Assembly: GCA_013265495.1 (NCBI GenBank)
Contig: MU057487.1
Location: 1,146,060 to 1,210,059, forward strand
Origin: Vicugna vicugna
Taxonomy: Eukaryota
Length of the DNA stretch: 64,000 nucleotides
Reading direction: 5' to 3'
The translations under genes and the position numbers were made by a program. Below are positions 13,218 through 26,620 of the stretch, piece after piece (within the stretch, counting starts at the first letter, position 1; the number at the start of each line of letters is the position of its first letter). The notes below the pieces were generated by a model, which worked only from the letters and a program-made list of their open reading frames with translations, was not told where the DNA came from and made no database searches.

Positions 13218-14569
13218 AAATTATCTTGCAAAATGACTCTTTCTCTTGGCCTTTATATGTGTCAGAGACCTCAGTGCTCCTTTGTGTAGAAGGATTGAAG
13301 TTAAGCTGGAGTAGCCCTTGGAAGATGAAATTGTCTGGAGTCTGGAGATGACCAGGACACCATGACCTTTAAAGGGAAGTCTGATCCCTGGACTGCATTC
13401 TCTCAATTGGGAGTGAGACTGCCACATGGAATGCAGTCAGAAGGGCCCAAAGGCCATTCTTAAGCTCTCCTCTCTTCATTACAATCTTCTCTCACCCCTA
13501 TTACCCAAACCGTCGCAAGAGGAAATGATTACACAAATGCTGTGGCTGTGAAGGCTTCCGGGGAGGCTTACAAACCAGCTCTTCTTACTGCAAACTTCCT
13601 GACAGCCCTCCCACCACCACCATTGTGCATGCAAACCCTTTTTATGATTCCTTTAAACATACAGACTGTTAAGAGCCTAGAGCAAACATGCGCCCATATT
13701 GTGGGTGCCTGAAGCTTATTCATACACTTGGGTGGGAAGGAGAAGGACTTTCCTTATTTCCTTTACAGATTGTTGTTGTTTCCCTATTTGTGCCCACCCT
13801 CTGAGACTGAGGCGCAGAATTAATAATTCACGAACAATTTGAAAGAAAAGACTTCATCTCATGTGCATCCCAAGTTAAAAAACTAGCAGAGCAATGTAGC
13901 GGTATGCAGTTAGAAGCAGTGAACTCTAGCTGAAGCAGGAGTCACACCCAGAACACGCTCTTCAGATGAAGCGGCACAATATGGGCTCAGTTCTCTGCCC
14001 CCAGTAAAACCCAGGAGGATAGAGTTGAGCACTGCCTCGGGCAGAGAAGAAAAGGCAGGGGAAAGGATTATTTTTCTCTTTAACTTTCTCCCTTGGTTAA
14101 TCTCCAAGGGAAAGTAAGCTTCCGGTGGCAGGCAGTGAATGAGACTGCAGAGAGGTTTTATTTCACCTCTTAAAATTATGTTGCATAAAGCTCCTACCAG
14201 AGAACCTCCTGGCAGTGTATCTACAGCTATGAGATTGGCAGATCTACCTCCATTCACAGACAAGCACACATCCTCCGTTCCCATCCCTCCTCTCCCCTAA
14301 TGAATGCCCAGGAAATACATGAGAAAGGGCAGGGAGACGCCGCACAGTTGACTCAACATTATTTTTTTCAACCAACTCTGGGCAAAAACAAACTCATCAA
14401 GAAACATGCACTAAACACACCTATAATGTGCTAGGTCTTGCTGCTTCCTTCAGGCATTCTCTGACAACACAGATCCTCACCATCAGGAGATATGCTTGGT
14501 ATCAAGTAATTTAGCATGTTGCAGTCTTGGCTATGTGCTTCAGCGGAGTGGTTGAGAGCATAGGGTCTG

Positions 14570-15556
14570 AGCACAGGCAACAAAAGGAAAAATGGATGAA
14601 CTGGACTTCACCAAAATTAAAATGTCTGTACATCAAAGGACACTACCAGCACAGTGAAAGGTAGCCCTTGGAATGAAAGAAAATATTTGTAAACCATATA
14701 TCTGATAAATGATTAATACCCAGGATCTATAAAGAGCTCCTACAACTCTGTAACAACAAAACAACCCTCTTTAAAAATGGGCAAAAGACTTAGACATTTC
14801 TTCAAAGAAGATTTACAAACAACCAAAGAGCACATGAACATATCCTTAACATCAAAACCATTAGAGAAATACAAATCAAAATCGTAAGGAGATACCAATA
14901 GGATGGCTACTAGAAAAAAAAATGTAGGCAAGAATTTGGATAAACTGAAACTCTTGTGCATTGCTGGTAGAAATGTGAAATAGTGTCACCACTATGGAAA
15001 AGAGTATGGAAGTTCAAAAAATTATACATAGAATCACCATAGATTATAGCAATTCAAACAGGTATTTGAACACCCATGTTCATAGCAGCATTATTCACAA
15101 TAGACAAAAGATGGAAGAATCCAAAGACCCATCAGTGGTTGAATGGATAACAAAACAAGGTATATACACACAATGGAATATTATTCAGCCTTAAAAAGGA
15201 AGGATACTCCGATACCTGCTACCATGTGAATGAAACATAAAGACATTTTGCTAAGTGAAATAATCCAGACGCAAAAGGAAAAATACCATATGATTCCACG
15301 TATACGAGGTATATAAAATTGCCAAACTCATGGAGACAGGAAAAAAGAATAGTGATTACCAGAGTCGAGGAGGAGGGAGGAACGGGGAGTTATGATTTAA
15401 TGGGCATGGAGTTTCAGTTGGGGAACATGAAAAAGTTTTGGAGATGGATGGATGGATGACCACCCAGTTGTACAATGTGGATGTACTTAATGCCATTGAA
15501 CTGAACATTTAAAAATGGTTAACATGTAAATTTTGTGATATGTATATTTTACATAA
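14570..15556 (+). mobile_element. L1MB-like 3' fragment (ORF2 end plus 3'UTR) inserted into a MIR
   Basis: aaaatgggcaaaagacttagacatttcttcaaagaag; caatggaatattattcagccttaaaaaggaa; gtacttaatgccattgaactg. MIR head at about 14540-14569 and MIR remainder at 15557-15775. Confidence 0.88.
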
Positions 15557-15775
15557 GGACTGGAGTCAAAGTGCCATTTTTGACATCCTAGCTACCACGA
15601 ACACTAGCTGTGGGGCAAGTAATTTAGCCTTTCTGTGACTCCATTTTCTTATCAGTAAAATGAGATAATCAGAGTTCCTAAGTCAGAAGGCTGTTGTGAA
15701 ATCTTTGGGAGATGATGAAAACGAAAACCGTGGCACGTAATGAGTGCACAAAATGTGTTCACTATTGTTATTGTT
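15557..15775 (+). mobile_element. MIR SINE (3' part, split by the L1)
   Basis: ggcaagtaatttagcctttctgtgactccattttcttatcagtaaaatgagataat. Confidence 0.75.
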
Positions 15776-17735
15776 TGTTTGGTATTTATGCTAAAAACTC
15801 CTCGATGCCACAGGTAAATTTTTCTTCCTTTTCTGCATCCCCCACAGACCATGCTGTATGTACTACCAAATACTTATTGACTGATTTATGTATTTATACA
15901 CAAACATGAACCTATTGACTCACTACCAGTGGTTGTTTTTCCAAAACAGAATATAAATTAATATCGATCCATTCATATTCCTGAATAAGCCTCTTTGAAT
16001 CAAAGATACTCACTTATAGACAGCTGGCTAAAGCTGAGGTATTAACTTGAAAAGACCATAATTCACATTGCTATGTTCCAAGGCCAATGGAATCATGAGG
16101 CCTGTCCCATGCTATTATGTTATTCTAACCAACCTATAGAACCAGCCACAGAGCAGAAAACCACGTAATTGTTTGGGATGCCACCATTTGAAGAAAGATT
16201 CAAAGTAGGTTAAATAGACAGTAAAATTCCTGAGCCTCAGAAGCGGGTATCTTCTTAAATCTTTCCACATCACTGACAAGGGACTGAAGTGTGAAGGACA
16301 TTCAGACCACTCTTAATAAACTCTGGCCCAGATGAGGTTGAAGACCCCTATTCAATTTAAAGTAAGTGTATTTGAGGATGCTGTTGGTTTCAAGTTGGTA
16401 ACAGGAGATACAGGGCATTTGCTAATTCTCTCCATTTTAAACAACACTATTTTAAAATAAAAGCTTCTTCCTCCCTCCTAAAAAATGCTATAATAAAATA
16501 TTAACATCCATTAACATCCAGAAATAACGTGATTTCTAAAAAGTACAGCATTTTCACAAGCTTTACCTAAGATGGGTTTTTTAAAAACCTTGGCTGATAC
16601 TGGTTTCTAAAATGATCTTCTATCAGACTGAGAACAAATTCACTTAACGGTTTACTTCTCCGACAGTTCAAGTAACTATTTCCCCTAAATATCTTTTTCA
16701 GAGCCCACACCCTAAAGCTTCATAATTTCATTAAATCCGTGCACAGCTGGGCAACTCTTTCTTTGCTCACATTATAGTGATCCCCGGGGAATTTATGTAA
16801 ATCTATGGAAATTCATTTTCAAGTCTGTACTCTGAAAAGGAGGATGCGTCCTCATTAAGTAAATGATTATATCTACAAACAAGCTAAAAGCAACATGCTG
16901 GCGAGCTAAATTAAACTTTCCATCAGGAAAACAAAGCCATTCACTCACATATAGGCCTTACCTAAGTGCCACCAAAATTATAAGACAAAAGATTCTTATG
17001 AAGTCCAAATAGATACCAAATAGGAAGCCTGTGCTGTTGCAGGGCACAGCCTCCTTTCTGGTACCATCACTTAAGTTCACTTTGGGCAATGCTGTGGGAA
17101 GGGGTTCAGCCTTAGAATTCATGGGCTCTCAGCAAAGACTTCTCATATAAGGGTAAGAAGACATGAACTCCTTCAAAGGGCACCTAAGTCAACCCCAAGA
17201 AACTCTGATAAGACCAGAGGGTCTGAAAGTTAACAGATACTATGGGCTGGAAAGAGGACAGCCTTTATTTACCATTAGACTCACCTACGTACCAAGCCTT
17301 GCTCCTTCATTTATTAGCTGAGTAAACCACCTAGACTTCAGTGTCTTGGTCACTGTCTCCTCTGCGTTCTGGCACATGTTTGTGCTTAGATGATGACATT
17401 AACAATGATATCTTGTATTACAAATGTATGTACAACTGTTTATATCCCAGTGGGGATGTAAATTTAGTTCACTGCAGATAGTGAAGGCTCAGTAAGTATC
17501 TGTTGGGCTTCATTTAAATTATTCTTTTTAGACCTTTGGGACTGATGAGACCCCCTTTGCTATCTCCTCCCCTGGCCAATTCCTCACGCCCTTAACTAAC
17601 CATACCCATCACTGCTTACTCATATACCCATTCAGTATCTCAGCCTTATGTGTCTTTTGTTTCAAGTCTTGCTACAGTGACCAGCTCTACGTGAGTTGGA
17701 TGATTTGATATAGGCAGAACTTGGCAATGCCTTAC

Positions 17736-18126
17736 TGTAAAGTCACACCATGTACCTCTCACCAACCCTGGACTTTCTTGCTGATGTTGAGGTGTGAGTG
17801 GTCTTGCTTAGTAGCCACAAGTACAGTCTGGAATTTCAGGGATGTTAAGTCCCAGTAGAACAAACCTTTAACTAATGGCTGGCAAGAAAAAGAGAGAAAC
17901 ACCTCCCCTTTCTCCTCAACTATCTATGGTACTAAGATGTAGCTGATGTCTCCAGCAACATGAAGCAGTCTATTAGTGCTAGCTAGTTCAGCAACGTACC
18001 TTCCAATCAGCTTTCCCTCCTTCCCTACCTTGGTGCCTTTTACACTCACTCCTGCCTCCCTTGAGAAAAATGGTAGCATAAATTCTTATATCAGGCTCTG
18101 CTTTCTGGGGTACTCACACTGAAACA
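17736..18126 (+). mobile_element. ERVL solo LTR, LTR16-like
   Basis: aaacctttaactaatgg and the 3' end tcaggctctgctttctggggtactcacactgaaaca resemble LTR16 termini. Confidence 0.65.
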
Positions 18127-19145
18127 CCTGCCCACATCACAGCCCCTGCTGAGGGAACAGGACCATGTCTGCACCAGGTAACCCTCCCCACTTTTCAAAG
18201 ATTGAACAGGGATGAATACCTAAACACAAAGGCTGCCAATCCACTGCCTAAGCCAGTAAGCAAACTCTAGACCTGGCTTGAAAAGATGAGCTGAACAAAC
18301 TGAGTTCCTCTCTAGGGAACTGGGAAATAGAAAAATAATAAGTGAAGCTAGTTAGCAGATTATGCCGTAAAGAGAGAAGGTGGCAGGGCAGCCATGATGG
18401 TCTAATAGCTCAATTCAGTGGGGGAGGGAGGAGGAACTGTATTGATTCGTTTGTCATTGTAACCCAGTACTTAGTGTAGTGCCTACCACACAGTAGGAGC
18501 TTAATATATTTTTGCTACTTTTTCTCTTTGAGTTTAACTCCTCTGCACCCAGTCCTTCTCCTGCAGAAACGAATCACCTGGCATTTCCTCATCCCCAGCG
18601 ACACTAGTATCTTCCACTTCGTTTAGTTAACAAAAAACCACACCGTAAACCTCACCACCTGTTTTAACTGCTTCCCCTTCAGAAGCCTCAGTTCCTCTCC
18701 CTGACCATTATTGTACGTTCTATTCGCCATCATCTTGCCATTCCCCTCCCTTCTGGGCATGCTCTTTTTCCTCAGGAGTCCTCCTCCATCACAGTCCCTC
18801 ATTCCCTTCCTGGCCTTCCTTACTTCATGCTTCTCTACCCAGCCAGCAGCCTGTGTTCAATTATTACAATAAATACTTCTATTCCTGTGTTTAACTAATC
18901 CTTTTATAATATACATACAGGCACAAATGTACCAGTTCCAACATTAACAGACCGCATTGTCTGTTTCCCTCATGCCTGTTCCTGATCTAATAAACACAGC
19001 TGGAAAATATCACATCTAACTTCAACTGGACCTTCCACCCAAATGAGATTACAACTTTTTTGCTTGTATCCCATGACCTTGTTCATAGCACTTTAAAAAA
19101 TTTTCCCTCTGTAGCCCATACCTGATAAGTGGCAAGACCTCAAGT

Positions 19146-19328
19146 CTTTTTCTTTTACTTTTTTTTAACATTTTTTGTTGATTTATAATCATTTTACAAT
19201 GTTGTGTCAAATTCCAATGTAGAGCACAATTTTTCAGTTATACATGAACATATATATATTCATTGTCACATTTTTTTCTCTGTGAGCTACCATAAGATCT
19301 TATGTATATTTCCCTATGCTTTACAGTA
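19146..19328 (-). mobile_element. Lineage-specific L1 extreme 3' end (short truncated copy)
   Basis: T-rich tail, then cattttacaatgttgtgtcaaattccaatgtagagcacaatt; same family as 32474-32941. Confidence 0.85.
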
Positions 19329-19689
19329 TTTTTTCTTCGTTCTCATGATTCTTCAACAGTTCATAAATGGAGAATTATTTCACATATGATTCTTTCCCCT
19401 GCCTATGATTCTATGTCAACTCATGGCCATTGTGCATCACCACTTGACTAGTCTATTTTTTTCTTGCTCTGATTCCCTCACAAATCCATTTCATATGCCT
19501 TTACATACATGTATGAACCTAATAGTGGGACAGATTCAAGTTTCTTCCCAATGGACTCATGAAAACCTTGCAAATTAGGGGAAGTGGATAGATGCTAGGC
19601 ATCCACCTAACTCCATCCACTGGCAAATCCAAGCCTCAGCAAGGACCCAGCCAAGACTCCTGATCAAATAATTCAGTGACCTTCCTTAC

Positions 19690-19880
19690 CCAGTGTGTTA
19701 CAAACTTTTTATACATGTTTAATCTTAAAAATAACTCCATAAAACTCACATTATCATGGCTTACATATAAGGAAACTAAGGTCCAAAGAAGGTTGAGTAA
19801 ACTTCCATAGGTCACACAGTTAATAAGGGGCAGAGATAGTATGAAACCCAAGCTTTCTTATCCTTAGTGATACTCTTTCA
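19690..19880 (-). mobile_element. MIR SINE
   Basis: aaggaaactaaggtccaaagaaggttgagtaaacttccataggtcacacagttaataag. Confidence 0.75.
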
Positions 19881-20949
19881 AGACTATTATGAAGATGCTT
19901 AGCAATTTTTTATTCTCAATGGCACCAAACTAATATTAAGCCTCCAGGATTACATCCTTGGACAACAGACCACAGTATTAACATTATTATTATTACTGGC
20001 ATGTTGTTTCTTTCATTCTTCTTCAACTCCTTCTTAGCTGATACCAGTACTTATTAAGTCTCTCAGAGAATAGATTTCCTTTATGACTCCTTGTCATCAT
20101 TTTAATTCAGCCCTTTGCCATCAAGTCTGATTAATTGAAAAAAGGGGCTTCTAATCTGTTCTCCCTGATCTCAGTCTCTTCCTAACTCAATTCATATTAT
20201 TTATAATTGCTATCTTTCTCCAACAGTTTTCATCGTATCATTTTTCTCTTTTATGAGAAAAGTTAATAACTTTTACTTTCTTGATAAATGTAACATTAAG
20301 TGACTTCCTTCCTCATCAATCCATCAATATTAAATTCAGCTCCATCTTTTATGCTATTTTTCACTGTAATTTTACCCTCAAGTGTTATTCTTAAAACACA
20401 ATTTTGGATTTCCAATTGGAAGAGTACCATTTTATCTTATTTGTTTAACAACTCTACATTCCTAAAACTATTGAATGACCAAAGAAAAAGTTTTAAGGGT
20501 GAAATATGTATCTATGTTAGAAAATATGGAAGATTTCCCTTAAAAGATGGGAAATTTGACAATTTTTATAAACTATGATCCTTGCCAGATCAGATTAAGG
20601 GAAATAATAACCACAATTCAAATCAACCAACAGAGGGTTGGAGAAAGTAGTATATGCAAATAATTTGGATGACAAGATACTAATGCTAAAATATATTTCG
20701 TTATTAAATAAACTAAAGCCCACAATCATGAAAATATTCTTCTGTATCCACAAGATAGTAAAGGAAAACCTCAGGGATGCACTACCAGAGAGAAAGAGCG
20801 GGGTGGAGAGAGAGAACCATGAGTTAAAGCTGGAGAGGAGAGAAGCAGGGGGAAAAAAATCTGGGGTTACTTTGAGGGAAATTTTGGTACTAAGATATTA
20901 AGCCTGCCTCAACATTAGGTGAACAGAATCTGAAACTCCAACATTAGAA

Positions 20950-21520
20950 TAAGGCCCTTAATGGTAAACAAAATGGACCTACATTAGTAGCAACCATGGA
21001 ACCCAGGCAAACCAAATTCAATCCTCTCTAGAGGAAAGCATTCCAATTATAATTCCTAAGATTTCCATAGATCATGAAATCATCATAAATTGACTAAACA
21101 TACAGAAAGACAGTTTACCACAGGAACAAATCAGCAGCAAAAATATACTGCATATTAAATACCCCCCAATAACTTCAAATTGTAGAATCACTAGCAACAA
21201 AATATAAAATAATTCTAAATAAAATACTGAAAGAAATTAAAATAAATTCAAAGAAGGAAGCAGCCAAGATGAATTTTTCAAAGATCAAGGAAACTTTTAC
21301 AAATAAAGCTTTAAGAATGAAAACATAATTATTGAAATTACAAAGTTTCTCGGTAAGTAACCTAACAGCTAAGATAAAGCTGAAGAGAAAATCAGGAAAT
21401 TAAAAGATTGCCTTAAAGAAATTACACAGAATGAAGCAGAGAAAAGGTAATGCAATATATGAAAAAAAAAAAAGATAAACAGACATGAAGAATTGAATGA
21501 GAAGAGCTCATAAAGTAATA
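20950..21520 (+). mobile_element. Ancient L1 5'/ORF1 remnant
   Basis: A-rich degraded ORF1-like sequence: agctgaagagaaaatcagg...aagaaattacacagaatgaagcagaga...agacatgaagaattgaatgagaag. Confidence 0.55.
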
Positions 21521-21524
21521 ATAG

Positions 21525-21870
21525 AGCACTCTTAGCATTCCAAGCTGCAGTGTAAGAAGTCTTAATGCTTTACTGGAGAAGCCATGAGGAGAGGCCCTGT
21601 TCTAAGAGGATAGAGGGAGAAACCCAGCTGAGCTCAGCCCTCTAGTTTTCCTTGCCAAGGCTTCAGGCATGTGAGGGAAGCTGTTAGTATCTCCAGACCA
21701 GAGTAAGAATCAACTGAATGCACCAGGTAAACACAGTAATACCACATGAAGCAAAAGAATGACCCAGGAAAACACTCCCTGAATTCCTGACCCACAAACT
21801 ATGAGATAATAAAACAGTGGTTGTCATAAGCCAGTAAAGTTTGAAGGTTGTTACACACCAAAAGATGAAG
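21525..21870 (+). mobile_element. MaLR LTR, MLT1H-like
   Basis: cccagctgagctcagcc...aggcatgtgagggaagc...ctgaattcctgacccacaaactatgagataataaaacagtggttgtcataagccag. Confidence 0.75.
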
Positions 21871-21999
21871 AGAGTAATAACCAAAGCCAAAAGTTGGTTC
21901 TTTGGAAAGACTAATAAAATTCGTCTCTAATCTCTAGTGATATTTGTCAAGGGTAAAAAAGACACAAAACATTTTTTTTAAATTGAGAAAAATGCGCTC

Positions 22000-22118
22000 A
22001 TGTTAACTAGACTTATTGTGGTGATCATTTTGCAGTATATACAAATATTGAAGCATTATGTTGTACACAAGAAACTAATGTAATGTTACATATCAATTAT
22101 ACCTCAATTGAAAAAAAA
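22000..22118 (+). mobile_element. L1 extreme 3' end (Laurasiatherian L1MA-type)
   Basis: tgtggtgatcattttgcagtatatacaaatattg...tcaattatacctcaattgaaaaaaaa. Confidence 0.8.
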
Positions 22119-22390
22119 CAGGACTACATATCAGACTATATGTCGAGGAGGTGACTCTGGATTAAAGCCATCAGGCAGGATCAGGACAGTCAAATGTAGC
22201 AGAACAAGTAGTTGTTTGAGGTATGGATTTTTTCACTAATTAACTCTGGAAAAGTTATTTAAATCAATCTGACTTCAGTTTGATAAAAACAAACTAACTA
22301 ACTATTATAATTCTTTGACATTGTGATTTTTCAGTGTATGTTTAGTCTCTGCTATTTATAGAGGCTGTACCTAAGAAATGGCAAATTTAA

Positions 22391-22550
22391 GGAGGGGAGG
22401 GTATAACTCAAATGGTAGAGCACATGCTTAGCATGCATGAGGTCTTGGGTTCAATCCCCAGTTCCTCCTCCAAAAAATAAATACATGAATAAGTAAACCT
22501 AATTACCTCCCTACCAAAAAAAGATTAAATTAAATTATTTTTTAAAAAGA
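22391..22550 (+). mobile_element. tRNA-Ala-derived SINE (camelid vic-1-like)
   Basis: ggggagggtataactcaaatggtagagcacatgcttagcatgcatgaggtcttgggttcaatccccag; TSD aagaaatg(g)caaattta at 22373-22389 and 22551-22566. Confidence 0.92.
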
Positions 22551-24228
22551 AAGAAATGCAAATTTAGGGCAAAGGAAAAATAGAGTTCATAAGATAGCCA
22601 ATACTACTTGTTCTCTTTGCTTATACTGGAGGGAAAAAATTGGAGACTAACCTGCCTTTTTTTTAAAAAACAAAATTTCACTATGTCTACTCAAGACCTT
22701 TTTGAATCAATAAAGTCAATAAAAATCTGCTGAATTAAATTCACTCAAGCACACAAAAAGGTTATTTCTCAGTATAAAAGAAATATCACACTAGTTAGTC
22801 GATAGACATAATGCCTGCAATGAAAGACCTAGTTTTATTTTTATATGGTCTATACAAACACTGCACATAAATTCTGGTTTCTGAAAGATTTTGCAAGATT
22901 TTCAGACCTCTACAAATGGTAATATATGGTACATATATATTACCATATATATATATATATGGTAAATATGGTACATATTTCATGCTGTAATATGATGTGG
23001 AGCTCAACTGCATTTAAGTGCTTATTAAAAACATGGCCACAACTTCTACCTGCTCTACATTGTCAACAGTAACTAAAAGTTTCCTAAGACATAACACAGT
23101 ATTTGTCTTTCTGTGGGTTCTTAAGCCTGGAATTTCATTAATGAAGTTTTGCAGCATGTTAAATTTTTGCTGCCATTTTGCTGAATGATTTTGAAGCATA
23201 TGGATAGAGGGGGTGGGAAGGGTCATAGTTCTATCAAAATGTTCTAGCTTGTTGCCTTAGATAAAATAAAAAGCTGAATCATGTTTTCACCTTAGTTTCT
23301 TGTGAGAAAGTTTATTAAATGCCTTTTCAAATTCCAACATATTTATATCTCAGTTCTGAAACTTAGTGCACCAAAAGAAGCTGGACCAACTGACATAATG
23401 AACAGGTTATAGGCTCCAATGGAAAGATGAGGCCATTCTAAAACAGGATATCATTAAGATTTTTAAAAATTTCATTTTAAATTAGCAAAGCCATTTCACA
23501 TATTCACTTATTTTCTAATGAAGATAAGTATTTGCATGATGAAATTAAGAAACATTTATGACTTAAGGTATTTAATTTATACAGTATAAAGCATCATACC
23601 CAGTAATAGATCTAGATTACTCTCACTCTGAACATATAAAGACATCTTTAAATAGATATAGCTATATAATATGACTTATTCATGTAAGAGTTCTCAGCAT
23701 GCTTACTAAAATTAAGATGAGGACATCAATCTTGACCTTTACTCATTACTATTTCTAAAACTAAAACTAAAGCCCTAGCTACATGCTTCCTTATTTAACA
23801 GTGTCTTCTTTATCTTTGTGAGCCAGCTAGGTATCAACTACAAGGCATTAATAATTCCTTTCTTTCCAAGTTATTTTAGGGTGCTTTAGCTTTATCAAGA
23901 TGTCTACCAAATGCTAAAACATTAAATAATGAGTTTTCTCTTTTCTGTCTGCTCCACAGATAGGAGACTTCTTGCTTCAAACCTCAGTGCACACATGTAA
24001 ACACAATTACTCAAAACAAGGCAACAAGTGAGAAGCAGCATTAAAATAAGAACTCAGACATTCTAACTCACAATCCAGCATTCAACCCCCTAGAACTTGC
24101 TGTTTTCCTTTGTCCTCTTTGCTGTGAACCAAGATACTTGTTCTTTAGCAGGGTGTTTCTGCTGCAAATCCAGTTGCTACTGCATTATGCAATGAAGTCA
24201 GAAGCCTGAGCTTGTGACATCAATATAG

Positions 24229-24242
24229 GTTGCTATGGTAAC
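24229..24242. promoter_or_regulatory. RFX X-box motif (putative)
   Basis: GTTGCTATGGTAAC is a near-palindromic match to GTTGCCATGGCAAC, in non-repeat sequence; CRE-like TGACATCA at 24215-24222. Confidence 0.45.
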
Positions 24243-25094
24243 TCTTTCCATAAGTATTACAGGTTCACTGTAGGCTCAAAAAAGAGGACTTCAGCAGAGT
24301 AGCAAAATAGCTGGCATTATTCAGCCTAAATTACAACAATAATTGGTGCAAAAAAGTCTTAAATTAGCTATAGCAAATGCAGATTTTTATATTTATATTT
24401 TCTATTATTATTGAAAGTCATTTCCTAATTTTTTTAAAGAAATGGCAATTCTCCAATAGAACTAGCATTGCCACTCACCTTCTGCTATAACAGATCCACA
24501 TGAACCATGCAGAAGAGAGTCTTACAGTAACATAACTAATTAATCCCTGCATTGTGTCATTCCAGGAGTCAAGTGATGTTATACATTATCTGTTATGAAT
24601 AAACTCATAATAGCATGATGCCAATCCAATTTTCTCATTATAGGCATTATAAGAAGGTCCCACAGAGCTGTGTACATGAAAGCAATTTTAGATGACAAGT
24701 TTTCTTAATGATTGTGCCTATTTTTAACACAATAGAAAAGATCACCTTTTTATTACACATGTTCAACCTTATCTCCCAAGAATATTTCTGCTAATGTCTC
24801 AGTTTTAATGGTTAAATCCATCTCCCTGTGTAGGAGATATTTGGAAGTGTTCTTTCTCCACTACATTCTTTTAACCTGAATTTGAAGCACATGGCTGTAA
24901 CTACAAACCCTCAATTCCGTTCTTCCATGCCCCCTTTTAAAAAATCATCTACCATCCTCAACATGAGAATTTTGGTTCATATCTGCCATTATGCTTGGGC
25001 TAGGCACTGGGGTCACAATGTATCAGGCATTAGGTATTAGAAGCATAAGACATAGTTCCTTCCACGAAAAGCTCACATAAGTAACAGCAGTAAT

Positions 25095-25337
25095 GACACC
25101 AACCATATTTACTGAGTATCTGCCATGTACCAGACACCATGCTAAGCACTTTACATCCATTATCTCATTTAATCCTCACAACTACACAGTGAGAGAGGGA
25201 GGTCCTCCAATTCCCATTTCACACGTTACAGAACTGAAGCTTAGAGGGATAATATCACTTGCCTGAAGTCACAGAAGTAGTTAGGGAACATAGCTGGCAT
25301 TTGAACTTAGATCTGACTCCAAATATTTATAATCTTT
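25095..25337 (-). mobile_element. MIR SINE (near full length)
   Basis: atttactgagtatctgccatgtaccagacaccatgctaagcactttacatccattatctcatttaatcctcacaac...cacttgcctgaagtcacag. Confidence 0.88.
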
Positions 25338-25719
25338 TGACAGAAATTAAGGAAAATTTCTTGTTATTCACTGTGGTAAAATGAAAAATTACATCATAAT
25401 TCTACTGAGAAAGAATTCTTCAATATAGTATTCACTGAAGAATAAAGCGGATGATACTCTTCAGGTTGACTTCATAAACACTTTTGAAGACTGTGACTTT
25501 TCCGTTTTCTAACACTCAGCAGTTCAGAAAGTGTTTGCCTGAAGACATTTTTATTCCCATAGGTTATAAATGAAAATATCTCTCGAAAATATTGGTCTAT
25601 AACTTTTCTTAGACAGTTGCATTGATATTCTCATATGCTCCAAGCTACTGTACTATCTTCAGCTCAGTTAAATATATTAATAATGTGTATAGTGTGTAGC
25701 AGTTTACAAATCATACTAA

Positions 25720-25900
25720 ACATTCATCCATTCAGCACATATTCATTGAGCCGCTATTATGAGTCAGGCACTGTGCTAAACGTTAAGTATGAAACTACAA
25801 TAAAAAATTGAAATGGTCCCCAAATAAAAGGACCGTATAGTATAAAATGAAAGAGCCATTAATCAAATAACAACATAAATGAATATAAAATTGGAACTGT
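25720..25900 (-). mobile_element. L2 3' end
   Basis: cattcatccattcagcacatattcattgagccgctattatgagtcaggcactgtgcta. Confidence 0.7.
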
Positions 25901-25909
25901 GTCCAGACA

Positions 25910-26620
25910 GCAGAAAATAAGAAAGGCTAAAAATAGATAATCCAAGTATTCAACCCTGAATGATACAAAGAGGACAGGAAAAAACCAAAGAAGCAGAAGG
26001 AAGAAAACAATAAAAGGAAAAGGAAAACCTAAGGAAATGTAATGCAACATATGATGGGAACATCAACACAGCCAACCTAGTTATTTGAAAAGATAAATAA
26101 AATTGACAAACTTCTGGCAACTTCTGGCAAGGTTGATCAAGCAAACAGAGGTGAGGCAAAAGTAAACAATATTTGAAATGACAAAGAGAACACAATCAGA
26201 GATACAAGAGAGATTAAAAAGGAAATAAGATACAATGAACTTTATGTCAATACATTTGAAAGCATGGATGAAAGGAACAAACAAAATTGATCAAGAAGAA
26301 GCAGAAACTTGGATGGACTCAGAAGCACAAGAAACTGAATTAGAGATACAGAATCTTCCAGAAAGAAAGCATCAGGCCTAGATGGTGTTACAGGTAATGC
26401 TACCAAAATTTAAGAATGAATAATTCCAATTTTACAAACTTTTCTAAGTAAGTTTAAAAAGAGAGGACTATCCAAATAAATTATTTTATGAGTCTAGTAT
26501 AACTTGATTAAAACAAAAGATGAACAAGAGCAGTATGAGAAAAGAAAAATGAACAGTATCTCCCATGAATATAAGTGTAAAAATCCTAAACAAAGTATAA
26601 AATCCAACAATGTAAAAAAA
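25910..26620 (+). mobile_element. Ancient L1 ORF2 fragment
   Basis: tttgaaaagataaataaaattgacaaacttctggcaa; catcaggcctagatggtgttacaggt (decayed PGPDGF); aaaaatcctaaacaaa. Confidence 0.75.

Noticed and set aside
22391..22470. Possible tRNA-Ala(AGC) genes (also at 4868, 34500 and 43154)
   Set aside because: Stem mismatches, A-rich tails and TSDs show they are SINE copies.
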